From: Toensbergia leucococca
Lineage: Eukaryota
DNA length: 64,000 nucleotides
Direction: 5' to 3'
Assembly: GCA_022813965.1 (NCBI GenBank)
Contig: JALDZS010000117.1
Span: 1-64,000 of the forward strand
In this document: positions 27,727 to 39,018 of the stretch, in pieces
How the letters are laid out: every line of letters starts with the position of its first letter
Position numbering within the stretch: position 1 is the stretch's first letter
Notes under the pieces: generated by a model
What the model saw: the letters and a program-made list of their open reading frames with translations, nothing else
What the model was told of the DNA's origin: nothing
Database searches by the model: none
Position numbers and translations under genes: made by a program

Positions 27727-30700
27727 ATGAGTCGATCAAATCGTGAAGCCTGGGATCCCAGCAAAGCTCCAATTCGGCCTACTGTACGGGCTCAGCCTCC
27801 TCAAAACAGAGATCTCCGATACCCTGCTCTCACAAATCGATATGCAGCTTCTTCTTATCTCCCACATTTTTCTCGTGTAGGCGATGGCGAAAACAACAGC
27901 CCATATTACTCTCAGCAGCCAACTTTCTTGCCTCCTGAGATGCCAACTGTTCCTTCACAGGCACCGCCACCAGTACTAGGACCAAATCCAACCATTCCTC
28001 AGGTACAAACTTTCTCGCAATGCTATTCATCTGTTCCATTCTAACTTTAAGCGCATTAGACTGGTCGTTCCCCTCAAGACAACGACCATGGTGGAGTCAC
28101 ATTAGCTACTCATCACCACGAGGAGACTGTATTTGAGTATGATGACCCGCTAAACTCTGAAAATCCTCAACTTGACGTAGGTATTGGGTCTTCATCTCCT
28201 CACATACCAAAAAGTGTCACGTTTCCAGAGCTTGCAGAACACCGGGGCGTTGCCCAGTGGAATAACAGCGTATTCGATGATCGTTGGTTTCTGAAACCTG
28301 AGGAGATTTGGAGTATGGGACGTCGCCGGACGTCAGAAGTAACCATCTCTCCGCGTACGATAGCACCACACCAAGAAGCCAGTCAAACGGAAGAGCTTAA
28401 TCCTGTTGCTGGTAACTACATTGATAGTACTGCGAGTGCGGCGACTTCTGTCGTAGACTCGGCACGACAACGCAGAGCTCGCGAGAGAGCATACCTGCAA
28501 AGAACTGACAATGAGTCTTACGATACTCTTGGAGCCTACGCAAGACTAGTGGGTATCGATAGACAGGATAACCTACAAGTTGGTGGGAATGAGAACACTG
28601 AGACTCAGCATACCGGAGTGTGGAAACCCACACACCAACGTCCTTTGACCATCATTCCTCCTGCCAGCAGGTGAGATATCTAGCTTCTGTTTGATAACAT
28701 TCTGGTTGCTAAACAACTTCCGTAGAAAATTCAATCCTGCTGGGGCCGTCGGCGATGGGAGAAAGGTTTCCCGTACCACGGCGGGTGATGGGAAAGCCTC
28801 TTCTCAGACGGTGGAGCCGACGAGCCTCATAGGCTCAAGTCGACAATCGAATCTTGAGAGGATCCAGGCGCACAATGCCGAAGACACACGTTTGGAACAC
28901 GAAGAGACGTACTCGATCGGAGACTTCACCCTCACCCGTGAGGACCTCCTACAACATATAGAGACAGCCGACCAACTTTCTCGGGAACGTAAATTACACG
29001 TTGCTTCCGATCAGGATTCGGAGAATCGGGCCGAGTTAGGCAGAGAGTCACCAGACGTTGTTGAAGGTAAGGGAAAAAGAAAGATGTCCGATGGAATGGA
29101 GATGGACCGGAAAATTGACGAAGGATTCGATAATCTTGCTCGGACCAAGCCTCGTTCTTTGCAGAATCCTCTTCAATCCAAGACTGAACAGCACTCGGCA
29201 GACAGGCGCGGTCATCAGCTTCCAAGTAGCGAGCGGACTCTACCACCTACTTCTTCACCACGACGTGCAGTGCCCAGAGTACCATCACATCAGCAATTAC
29301 CTCACAATGTCAATGTCCAAGGCCATGTCAATACCCCTCATTGGAACCAACAAGTTCAGCAGATCCCTCCGCTCATACAAATTCAACCTAATACACCTCA
29401 CTGGCCCCAAGAATCTCCCCAGTTCGAGCAGCTTTTCCAGATCGTCACCGGCCCCGATGGCCAACTGCACTTACAACCCTACGCCGTGACTCCGACAGGT
29501 TTATGGCCGATGCCTATGCAGCAAGCGCTCCCACCAAACATGAACCCATTCCTATCTCAACACCACATGTTACCTCCAGCCGAGTACGCTATGCGTGGGG
29601 GTGGTATGGATCATTTTCTCCCATTCTGCAACCCATTTCAACACCCTGGTAATCAGCAATTTGGTACACAAACAATGCTACAGAGTAGCGCTACCCAACA
29701 ATTCGCTCAACCCAATTCCCAATTTCAGTATCCTCATCGCCCCGCAGTTGTCAGAATGCCTATGTCTGTCGGTCGAGGGCAGCAACAGGGTATAGGCCCA
29801 CCCGCTCCATTTTTACAGATGCCACGAAACACAACACAGCCATATCCATCTATGGCTAGTCCGTTCGTGCCAAATCCGGAATGGCAAAATCGATTTGGCA
29901 CTAGACAACCCTCGGTGACCCCATCATTACCTTTACTTCCATATCGTTCTGGCTCAGACGTTATGTATCCGTATTCAATTGGAGGAACAAGCGTTAGATT
30001 ACAAGAGCTTACGCGCAATGGTAGGCCGACTTATGAAGCAGCGATCAGAGACGAGAATCTTCCCTTTGCGGAGAACACAAAGGAGGCCCAACCGGCCGAG
30101 TGGGGAGTTGCCAAAATTGCGAATGTGAGTCGAGAGAGGAGATGATCGATTACGACGGGCGTGCTCGAGCAAGGTGCATGATAGGGTGTTTAGCTTTGGC
30201 ACGGGGTCGGAGCTCATGGTGGCAGTATATCGTGTTGCTAGAATTACAATAGATAGGTTGATTTCATGCATGCATGCATTACTTACTTCTTTAGTGGCTT
30301 ACGTTGATTCCCACTTGTAAGATTTCTTTCCAGGCGGTTACAAGTTCTAATCTTCCTCTATAGCATTTCCTCCCCATTTAATCTCCAAGCTCATGCCTAC
30401 CCCAAACGCTGTTTCCATCGTTATTCTCCATCCTCTATCCCCACTCGTCCTCCTCTTCTGCCTTACCCACCACCTAACTCTATAACCTAACTAACATGTC
30501 TACAAATATAGATCCCCTACTCAATCACCAAATCCGAGATCGCCTCTTTCCTCGGCCGCAACGCCAAGACCATCACCCCGGACCTGGGCACCCCGATCCA
30601 CATCATCATGGAACGCTCAACCGGCAAAACAATGGACTGCTACGTCGAATTCTTCTCGCAAGGCGACGCCCAAGCCTGCGTCAACAAGCTCCTCCGCGGC

Positions 30701-32065
30701 CGCGAAGAAGGCGGACGCTATCTACGACTCGGAGAGAGGCATGTGGAGATTGAGGTTAGTTCGCAGGAGCAGTTGATGAAGGAGCTTTTCCCCAGAGCCA
30801 AGAATGTGGAGTGGAAGGGTGGGATGCCGGTGGTGGTGGAGACGGATGAGCCCTTTAATTCTGGGTTTAAGAGTTTTGTGGCTATGGAGGAGTTGGTCAT
30901 GTTGGTTAAGCACGCGGAGCAGCCACATCGGGTGAGTAATCGTAGGGCTCTTTTCCTCTTTGGCTGCTTGATTTCTTTGCTTTCTCGATGGAATACATTT
31001 TTTCCCTGCTTTCGCACACGCTCGTCTTCTTTTCTTACTTTTCCCTTTGCCTCGTTTCGCATCACCCTTCTACAGCCAATATCCAAGCTACCAAGTCCCC
31101 TTTCCAACCCACCTCACCTCACCCGTCTCACTCCACCCTCGCCAAGAAACGACCCAACTAATCTTACCCTCTTCGAAACACAGTCTCCGTTCACTCAAAA
31201 ATGCCCTCAGCGCACCTACGAAAACCTAATCAGTACCCTCCACAAGGTACGTTTCCCATCCCATCCCAACCCACCCCCCTCCCAAAGGAAAAATAAAGCG
31301 AACTCACACCCCCAAAGTTCCCCTGGCACGCCCCCACCCTCTACACCCTCCAAACCCGCAACCAACTCCACTCCGCCACCCACGCCCAACTTTCCCACCT
31401 CCTCTCCACCCTCCGCCGCCAATCCACGATCCCTCTACTCCTCCCAACACCACACCACCACCACTCTGCCCCCCAGCTATCAGAGTCCCTCCTCCAAGAC
31501 CTACTCCTAGCGGGTCTCAATACCCCGGGCTTCAGCGAGCGCCAGAAGTGGGAGTTGTGGTGTGTTGTTTCTGGTGGGGGAATTGAGAGTGGAGGAGGGG
31601 GATTAGGGGATGGGGGGATGGGGTTTGGAGTCCGGATTAGTCCTTTGGGAAGGTGGTGGCCGTTTGAGGGATTGGGGAGGAGGGGGAGCGTAGAGGAGGA
31701 TGTTGTTGAGGTGAGTGTTTTTCTCTCTCTTCTCGGGCCCCCCTTGGTCTCACTCCGCTTTATCTTCTGAATACTAACGGGGGAAAATAACATAGTATTA
31801 CGCACACCTCCTCTCCCTCGCCACCAGCAACCAACAACAGCAAGAACAGCAACAACAGCAGCAACAACTCCTCCCCTCACCCACGATCTCCACAACCACA
31901 CCAACCCTCCCCACCCCAACACCCACAGACCAAAACCCCTTTGGCACTTTCAAGATCCACTACGCCAGCGACGACGGAATTGGTCTGACAATGGAGCAGG
32001 TGGCGGGGTTCGAGTGGGGTGTTTTGGGCGAGTTGCTGGGGAGGGTTCTTGGGGGTGAGGACTGA
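27727..32065 (+). CDS. Large Q/P-rich protein with a C-terminal RRM-like domain (7 exons; introns 28003-28059, 28671-28725, 30125-30511, 30932-31183, 31247-31317, 31711-31795)
   Basis: Continuous frame after splicing. Domain reads WGVAKIAN|IPYSITKSEIASFLGRNA..IHIIMERSTGKTMDCYVEF..LGERHVEIEVSSQEQLMKELFPRA, then SPFTQKCPQRTYENLISTLHK|FPW. RNP2/RNP1-like spacing. Confidence 0.75.
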
Positions 32066-33830
32066 GGGTGTGGAGGCGATGGGAGTTGATGATGATGGGG
32101 GAAGGAGGATAGCGAGGGCGGGGTGGAAGGACGTTGCTGTGGGGGCGGAGGGGGGGGGGCGCGAGATGACATGAAAGGGTGGGGATGGGAGCATGTGGTT
32201 TGGGCGGTTTTAGATTTGCTTTTGCTTTTTTGCTAGGGTTTTTTTCTGTTTAATGAGGTCACGATGACAATACATGGGAATTCTTTTCGCGGAAAATTCC
32301 TTTTGGTCGATCTGTGCTTCTCTTTTTCTTTTCCCCTACCTATTGCCTTCCCTTTCGTCTCCTTCACTTTCAAAAACAGATCAGATCAGATTGCACAAAA
32401 CAACGTACCTAATCACCAATTACCCCAAAAATTCCAAAAGAATCTTCTTCAATTTCTTCCCCTTCACCTAGCACCCCTCTCCCCCCGTTCCCCAGATTTT
32501 CTTCTTCTCTTCTTTCTTTCCATTGTTCAGGTGCCCCCCACCAGCCCGTGCACACGGCTTTAATCACCTATATCTACTTCTTCCCTCTTTCCATCTCTAT
32601 CCACACACAGTAACTAAAAGACTCAAGGGCTGAAATATGTCTTTGTGAGCATCAGAGGACGAGGCGCTGGGGTTTTTGGGCGGGTGAGTGAGGAGGCCTT
32701 TTTTTTTTGCTTTTTGGCTTGGTGGGGTTGTGGGGCGGGGGAAAGGGGCGGGGGGGGGGGATGGGGGGGGGGGGTAGAGGGGTGGAATGAGAGATGGAGT
32801 GATGACGGGAATGGGGTCTTGACATGGGAGCGGAGGCGTCTGGTGCGTGGTTGTGGTTGTGGTTGCGGAGTAGGGATGTGGATGGAAATAGGAAAAGTAA
32901 TACCACACCACCTGGGTACTCCACACACACGCACACATACAAATCAGAATCACAATTCTTACCCCTGACTGCCATCACCAATCCCAATCTTCAACTCCCA
33001 TCCTCAAAACGCCCCAACCTCCCTCAACCTCCCCTCCCACCACAAAAACACCCCCCCCAAACCCCCCAACCCTTCACCCACCCAACACATCTATCCTCTA
33101 CTTCCCCCCACCACATCCACCAAAACCAACCCTAATCTCTTCCACTCAAAAAAAACTTCCTCGTCTCCATCCCACACCCCAGCAACCCGATCCAAATCCC
33201 TACCTACCAAGAAAAAAAATGAACCGAGCCACGAAAGCAACAATGAAGAGAAGGGCAGAAGGGCGGCCGGAGAGAAGGGTAAGGAAAAGAAGTCACAATA
33301 TGTCAGGGGGTTGAGGGGGGGATACAATTTCTATTCTATTCGTAAAGGGGGTTGAGTACCAACCTATCCCATCATCCCCAAAAAGTCTGGCCTAGATACT
33401 CATCCATCTAGACTATCAAAAAAAGAAAGAAAGGAAGGAAGGAAGGAAGGAATGGAGGAAAGGTATACACCGCTACAGTCGCATAAGCCAGTCTGCGATT
33501 AGGAACGCCACTGAAAGTGTCCGTGAACCCAGCGTTTGGAAAAAGTTTACTTTTTCTCATCAGCAAACACATAGGGTGGGTGGGGGAGGGGAAGGGGGGG
33601 TGGTCAATGATGTACAAGCAGACACATTGGAAGAAACTTGATGGATTCAAGAAGAATAACAAGGCTAATAAACAAACAAAAAAAAAGGCGCCCATTCATC
33701 ACGCTCAGGCGTAAAACGATAAAGCTCCTGATATTCACCCCCCCAAAAGATGCCCACCTGTTATTTGTCAAGGCCGTAGCCAGGGAAACACTTGACGCTG
33801 ACAAAACCATCCAACCCCTTTTCACCATAT

Positions 33831-35024
33831 TTAAGCCTTTACATAATCCGCCCCACTCACTAATCCCGGCCCCTTCTCGATAAAATAAGTCCGACTCTTG
33901 ATTAGCCATACGGCAAAACTCGGCAGCTTCCAACCAAAGACAACACCGACACCCCCCTTAGGGCCGATCGGTATCACTTGCATATCAGTCGTAGCTTGTT
34001 TATAATATTTTTGCTTGGGATTTTTCGTTTGAGACGCAGGATCCGAGGTCGATAGATCGACGAAAACAGAGGAGCATAGCGGTCTCACGGCGTCGAAAAC
34101 ATCTGAAACTCCGCCTTTAGAGTACGAAGCTACATCTCCGATGGCATACGTGTGGGCGACTGGGCCGCGCATGGTTTGAGCGTCGGAGAGGACATAGCCG
34201 TGGTCGTTGAGCCAGGACTTTGGCAGGAAGGATGTGTTGGGTCGACTGCCCGTGGCATCAATGTATATGTCCACATGTCTGGAAGTGCCATCTGAGAGGG
34301 CAAGGGTGGTTTGTTGACTGTTGTCTGAGGAGGAATCCTCGGTAGCGGATGTGACTTTGACATTGTGGATAGTTGTCACACCCAGGGCAGAAAGCCTGGA
34401 TTCGGCAGTCTGGCCAATGTCAGGGCGGAGTCGCGGAAGTAGGCGTTCGCCGCCAGAGAGGAGGGCGATGGTGATTTTGGGGTAGAGAGTGGCGATTTCG
34501 CCAGCGGTTTCGATACCGGCTGGACCGCCGCCTCCTACTAGAATCGAGGAAGCTTTTGGTAAATCAGTATGCATCTTTCTCATAGCCTCCATGGTGGCTT
34601 CGTGACCGCCGTGATAACTCCATAGGGGAGATGTGGATGTGGCTCCCGATGCGATGATCAAGGTGGAGTAAGGGACTGGGATGGTTGATGAGGATTTTGG
34701 AAGCTGAACGATCAGAGTTTTCTCATTTTCGTCAATGGCATTCGCAATTCCTAGGGTCAAGGTAAAGTGATCTGTTGGGTATGCGTTGAAGCCATCTGCA
34801 ATTGGCAGGAAAGCCTTATCGAAGGGGATGAGGTCGGGACTGGCAAGGGTTCTAGGAGCGCTGAACTTGTGGAAAGCGTGAGTTGATGGGGAGATCAAGG
34901 TGAGCTTGTATGTTGTGGACTTGTTGATAGCTTCGAGGGCAGGAATGGTGTGACGAAGGAGATAATGGGCTGTAGAGAGTCCGGCCAAATTGGCTCCAAC
35001 GACGACGATGTGATGGGTAGTCAT
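33831..35024 (-). CDS. AIF/AMID-like FAD-dependent pyridine nucleotide-disulfide oxidoreductase (intronless)
   Basis: 397-aa ORF with IVVVGANLAG (FAD), LIIASGA, ILVGGGGPAGIETAGE (NAD), DATGSRPNT and YAIGD motifs. Confidence 0.9.
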   Translation of the reverse strand: MTTHHIVVVGANLAGLSTAHYLLRHTIPALEAINKSTTYKLTLISPSTHAFHKFSAPRTLASPDLIPFDKAFLPIADGFNAYPTDHFTLTLGIANAIDENEKTLIVQLPKSSSTIPVPYSTLIIASGATSTSPLWSYHGGHEATMEAMRKMHTDLPKASSILVGGGGPAGIETAGEIATLYPKITIALLSGGERLLPRLRPDIGQTAESRLSALGVTTIHNVKVTSATEDSSSDNSQQTTLALSDGTSRHVDIYIDATGSRPNTSFLPKSWLNDHGYVLSDAQTMRGPVAHTYAIGDVASYSKGGVSDVFDAVRPLCSSVFVDLSTSDPASQTKNPKQKYYKQATTDMQVIPIGPKGGVGVVFGWKLPSFAVWLIKSRTYFIEKGPGLVSGADYVKA

Positions 35025-35685
35025 GATGGGACAGATGAAGCGCAGACACCTGATTGAAATGGGAAGACTAGTATTGAGTTGAGAAGGAACAGTGTGTATT
35101 CTAGTTCAAAGATGTCTTGGAATGGAGGCTTGAATAAAGGCAGTCGGTAGAAGGACTCCTACACTTCCCTTATATGTCACTTTGAAACCTGAGCCGTAGG
35201 TGCTTGCATGTTTGGTTTGTCATTGTGTGCACTATCGGACATTAGCTGATTAATTGTCTGCGATGAAATGAAGCCTCTTGCTAAGGTAGCTGGTATTCTA
35301 ATACGAGTGCGAGTGCGAGTGAGGACCCTCTTTCTTCGGCCCGCGGAATCTCCAGCATCCGGCCCAGCGCGTCCCTTCTCTTGGCGCTAGGATACGGTGA
35401 CCAGCAAGTTAGAGCTATTCTATCACTACGGAGACCCTTGATAAACTGTTGATTGTTGCCCTTGGCAATTATCTCCGCTTCTGGAATTCGGGTACCGACC
35501 TTCTACGTCAACATCCAACGGCATAGAATATCCGTAATGCGGGCGACATCATAATCATTGATAGAGTATCAAGCCAACATTCTCAAACTCCAAATTTCTT
35601 CCACCCGAATTAATTCTGGAACTGCTTTACAATATATTCCAGCCGAGCGGTGTACTCACACAACCGGATAGCGTGTGGATTGAAT

Positions 35686-37873
35686 ATGGCCACTACAAAG
35701 CCATTGCCATCACCCGCAGGGAGGAGTGACATGAGGCTTCCCATGCCACCTCCTCTACTCCATACACGTTCAGCCAACGATGTCTATACCTACGATGCAC
35801 CGCTTACTCCAACCCGGAACGGATTCATATCACCACTTTCTACACCTCAAGGCAGCCCGAGCAAGAATCGACTTCCTCCAGGGGCCAATGACTTGCCTGA
35901 TGTCTTCGACAATGCTATGAAGCTTGAACCCGCCAGTCCCATCAAAATTACCAGACAGCAGCTCACTCCCTACTCCCCGAACAAGGCCAGTAAACAACTT
36001 TTTGATGAAGCCACAGAGAGTAGTGTCATCCGTCAACCACATCCGTCAACTGCAGGAAGCCCTACTCGCTCATCAAATAAAGAGAATACGCCGTCTGGAA
36101 ATCGCCAGGCTATCAAGGACACCAGCTATAGCTCTAACCAAGCCGCACTTTCACGTCACGAACCTTATCAGGCAAAGGAAGTCCCTGAACCTGCCGCGAA
36201 GGCCCGATACAATCCACAACGCGGCTTAACCCCAGAAGAGCTAGAGAAGCTACAGCTCCCAAAAGTAAAACGGCTTGCAAACGTCACCCAGCTTTGTGAG
36301 TCTCCTCAAGAGTAACGGCCCCTGCTAGATACTGATGAGATTGTAGACTTCCTTGATTACTACTTCGATCTCCTGAACTATGTCCACAATCGTCAGATGC
36401 GCGAATCCCTCTTCAATTCCCAGAATCCTTTGCCACCGGTTACACCTGTCGACGAGTACGAAGCGGCACGAAACAAATACTTGGGTAGGGAACGAGCTAA
36501 TTTACGAAAGCGCCGTACAAGACTGCGTCATGGCGACTTCCAGATTCTTACTCAAGTCGGCCAAGGGGGCTACGGACAAGTCTTCCTGGCGGCTAAGAAA
36601 GACACTAGAGAAGTGTGTGCGTTGAAGGTGATGAGCAAAAAGCTACTATTCAAGCTAGATGAGATCAGACATATCTTGACGGAAAGGGACATCTTGACCG
36701 CGGCAAAGAGTGTTTGGTTAGTAAAGCTACTCTATGCGTTTCAGGACGAGAAGAGCATCTATCTTGCTATGGTTCGTCCCCTAGTCACTGGCAGCAGTCT
36801 TTCAAACTGACTGTATCATTAGGAATACGTGCCAGGTGGTGATTTTCGCACTCTTCTTACCAACACTGGCGTGCTTCAAAATCGCCACTCGCGCTTTTAC
36901 ATAGCCGAGATGTTTTGTTGCGTAGATGCCCTCCACCAGCTAGGATATATTCACCGTGACCTAAAGCCTGAAAACTTCCTAGTCGACTCCACAGGACATG
37001 TCAAGCTTACCGACTTCGGTCTTGCAGCCGGTATGCTATCTCCAGGGAAGATTGAATCTATGCGTGTCAAACTAGAAGAAGTTGGTAAAATCGACATTCC
37101 TTTCGACCATCCCATGGAGCAACGCTCCGTTGCGGAGCGTCGAGAAGGCTACCGCTCTCTTCGTGGCAGAGAGGTCCATTACGCCAAATCGATCGTCGGC
37201 TCGCCAGATTACATGGCCCCCGAAGTACTAAAGGGCGAAGAGTACGACTTCACAGTCGACTACTGGAGTTTGGGCTGCATGCTATTTGAAGCTCTTTCCG
37301 GCTATCCCCCCTTCGCTGGTGCCACAGTGGATGAAACGTGGCAGAATCTTCGACACTGGGAGAAGGTGCTCAAGAAACCCGAATTTGAAGACCCTGGGTA
37401 TTTTTTAAGTTCTCGCACCTGGGATCTTATTACTCGCCTCGTAAATTCGAAGCCGAACCGATTCAAAAACATCAACGAGATTTACAAGCACGTATACTTT
37501 GCAGAAGTGGATTGGAGTAAGTTGAGAGAGCAACGAGCACCATTTGTGCCCGAATTAGACGGCGAGACGGACGCAGGCTATTTCGACGACTTTTCGAATG
37601 AGGCGGATATGGCCAAATACAAGGAGGTACATGATAAGCAGATGGCTTTGGAGAATATGGCCGATAGGGATGAAAAGATGAACAAGGGGCTTTTCGTCGG
37701 CTTTACTTTCAGGTATGATTTCTTGCAAGTAATTAGAGCTACGGCAACGGCAAAAGACCTGCTAACTTTTGCTACGAATTAGACATCGTAAGCCTGCCGC
37801 CGACAGCAATGCCACGAAGGGTAGTCCACGCAAGACCCTGCCCAACGATGGCTCCTTTGGTACCATCTTCTGA
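35686..37873 (+). CDS. DBF2: NDR-family Ser/Thr kinase Dbf2/Sid2 of the septation/mitotic exit network (4 exons; introns 36296-36346, 36772-36822, 37713-37782)
   Basis: Mob-binding region KRLANVTQL|YFLDYYFDLL..GRERANLRKRRTRL, GQGGYGQV, HRDLKPEN, DFG, IVGSPDYMAPE, hydrophobic motif FVGFTFRH. Confidence 0.95.
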
Positions 37874-39018
37874 TCTCTTTGCTCACTTGCCCTTTCATCT
37901 TCGCTCCTGGGAGCATCTCTCCTTTTGAATTTACGTGTCTGCAGCGCAGCACATATCGCGCCCTCTTCTTTTCCGCTTTCGATGTGTTTCAAACAGCATT
38001 GGCCGGGGCCAGGGCGGGTAATGGAACGGATGGGTACAGGGAACGGGGTCATGTCATCCATGCCAATGAAGCAAACGGGAAGGATTGGGAGTTCATTCGC
38101 TAGCTAGAATTGCCATTGAGAAATGAGACAAGCGTCACGCACGTCTAGTACCTTTTTTTTCCTATGACTTTTGAACCTCACGCCCGGATTTCTGCAATCT
38201 CAATCAATCCATAGCACCGTCCCCTCCATATCGATTTTCCATATCGATTCCGGGCCACTGACACAACCACATGCGGCTGCCCCTTCCTCAACATCTCAGC
38301 TACTGAAAGAAGCACCCAGATCCATTTTGTCGCCTTCAAGCCATCTGCACCGACTCAATCCCACACCCCAGACCTACCCCCTTCCCTCGCCTTGCCCCCA
38401 AAGCCTTCCAGATACATGAAATCATGTATGCCATCGATCGTCATCGTTCTTCGCTTCTGAGCACTTGCTTGCACCGTTTCATCATTGTAATTCATCTCCG
38501 ATCTACCGAGGGAGTTTCCACAAGCCAGTTTCGGGCGCACTTCCTGATAAGGAATCAATCGGATGATCCAGATCTTGAGATCGAAGCTCTCCTTCTTGAC
38601 TTGCTGCCGTAAGTCGTCGCCTAGGAATAGTTGTTGCTCTTTTAATGCTTCAATTTTTCTCGGTTTAGCGGCCCAAGTCATGCTAGCATTCAGATTACGG
38701 GGAGGACGGTCGTTCACGCAGTCGATCCTCTTCGATCACAACGATTTTCAGAAAGATAAAACAAGAAGATAAAAACAAACGAGAATCAACACCACACATA
38801 ACAATGAACTAGAAATGCTCTTCTATGATAACGCGTTCTGATATCCACAAAAAAAATGCACTGCCTCCAAACTCAATTCTCAATTTCAATTTCCACCCCC
38901 TCCGGTAAACCAATCCGTGCCCAACGCTTCCCACGCATCCACCCCTCCATGAACCGATTCGCCCCCAACACTCCCACGCGGCCACCCTCTCCTTCGCATC
39001 CCAAACTATCTTTTCATT

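Noticed and set aside
27104..27730. 208-aa ORF overlapping the start of the RRM gene
   Set aside because: S/L/H/T-rich translation of a pyrimidine-rich leader with no motif. It could be a uORF, but that is unsupported without TSS data.
32264..33714. Many short Pro-rich and Gly-rich ORFs on both strands
   Set aside because: By-products of C/G-skewed low-complexity sequence that lacks stop codons; no domains.
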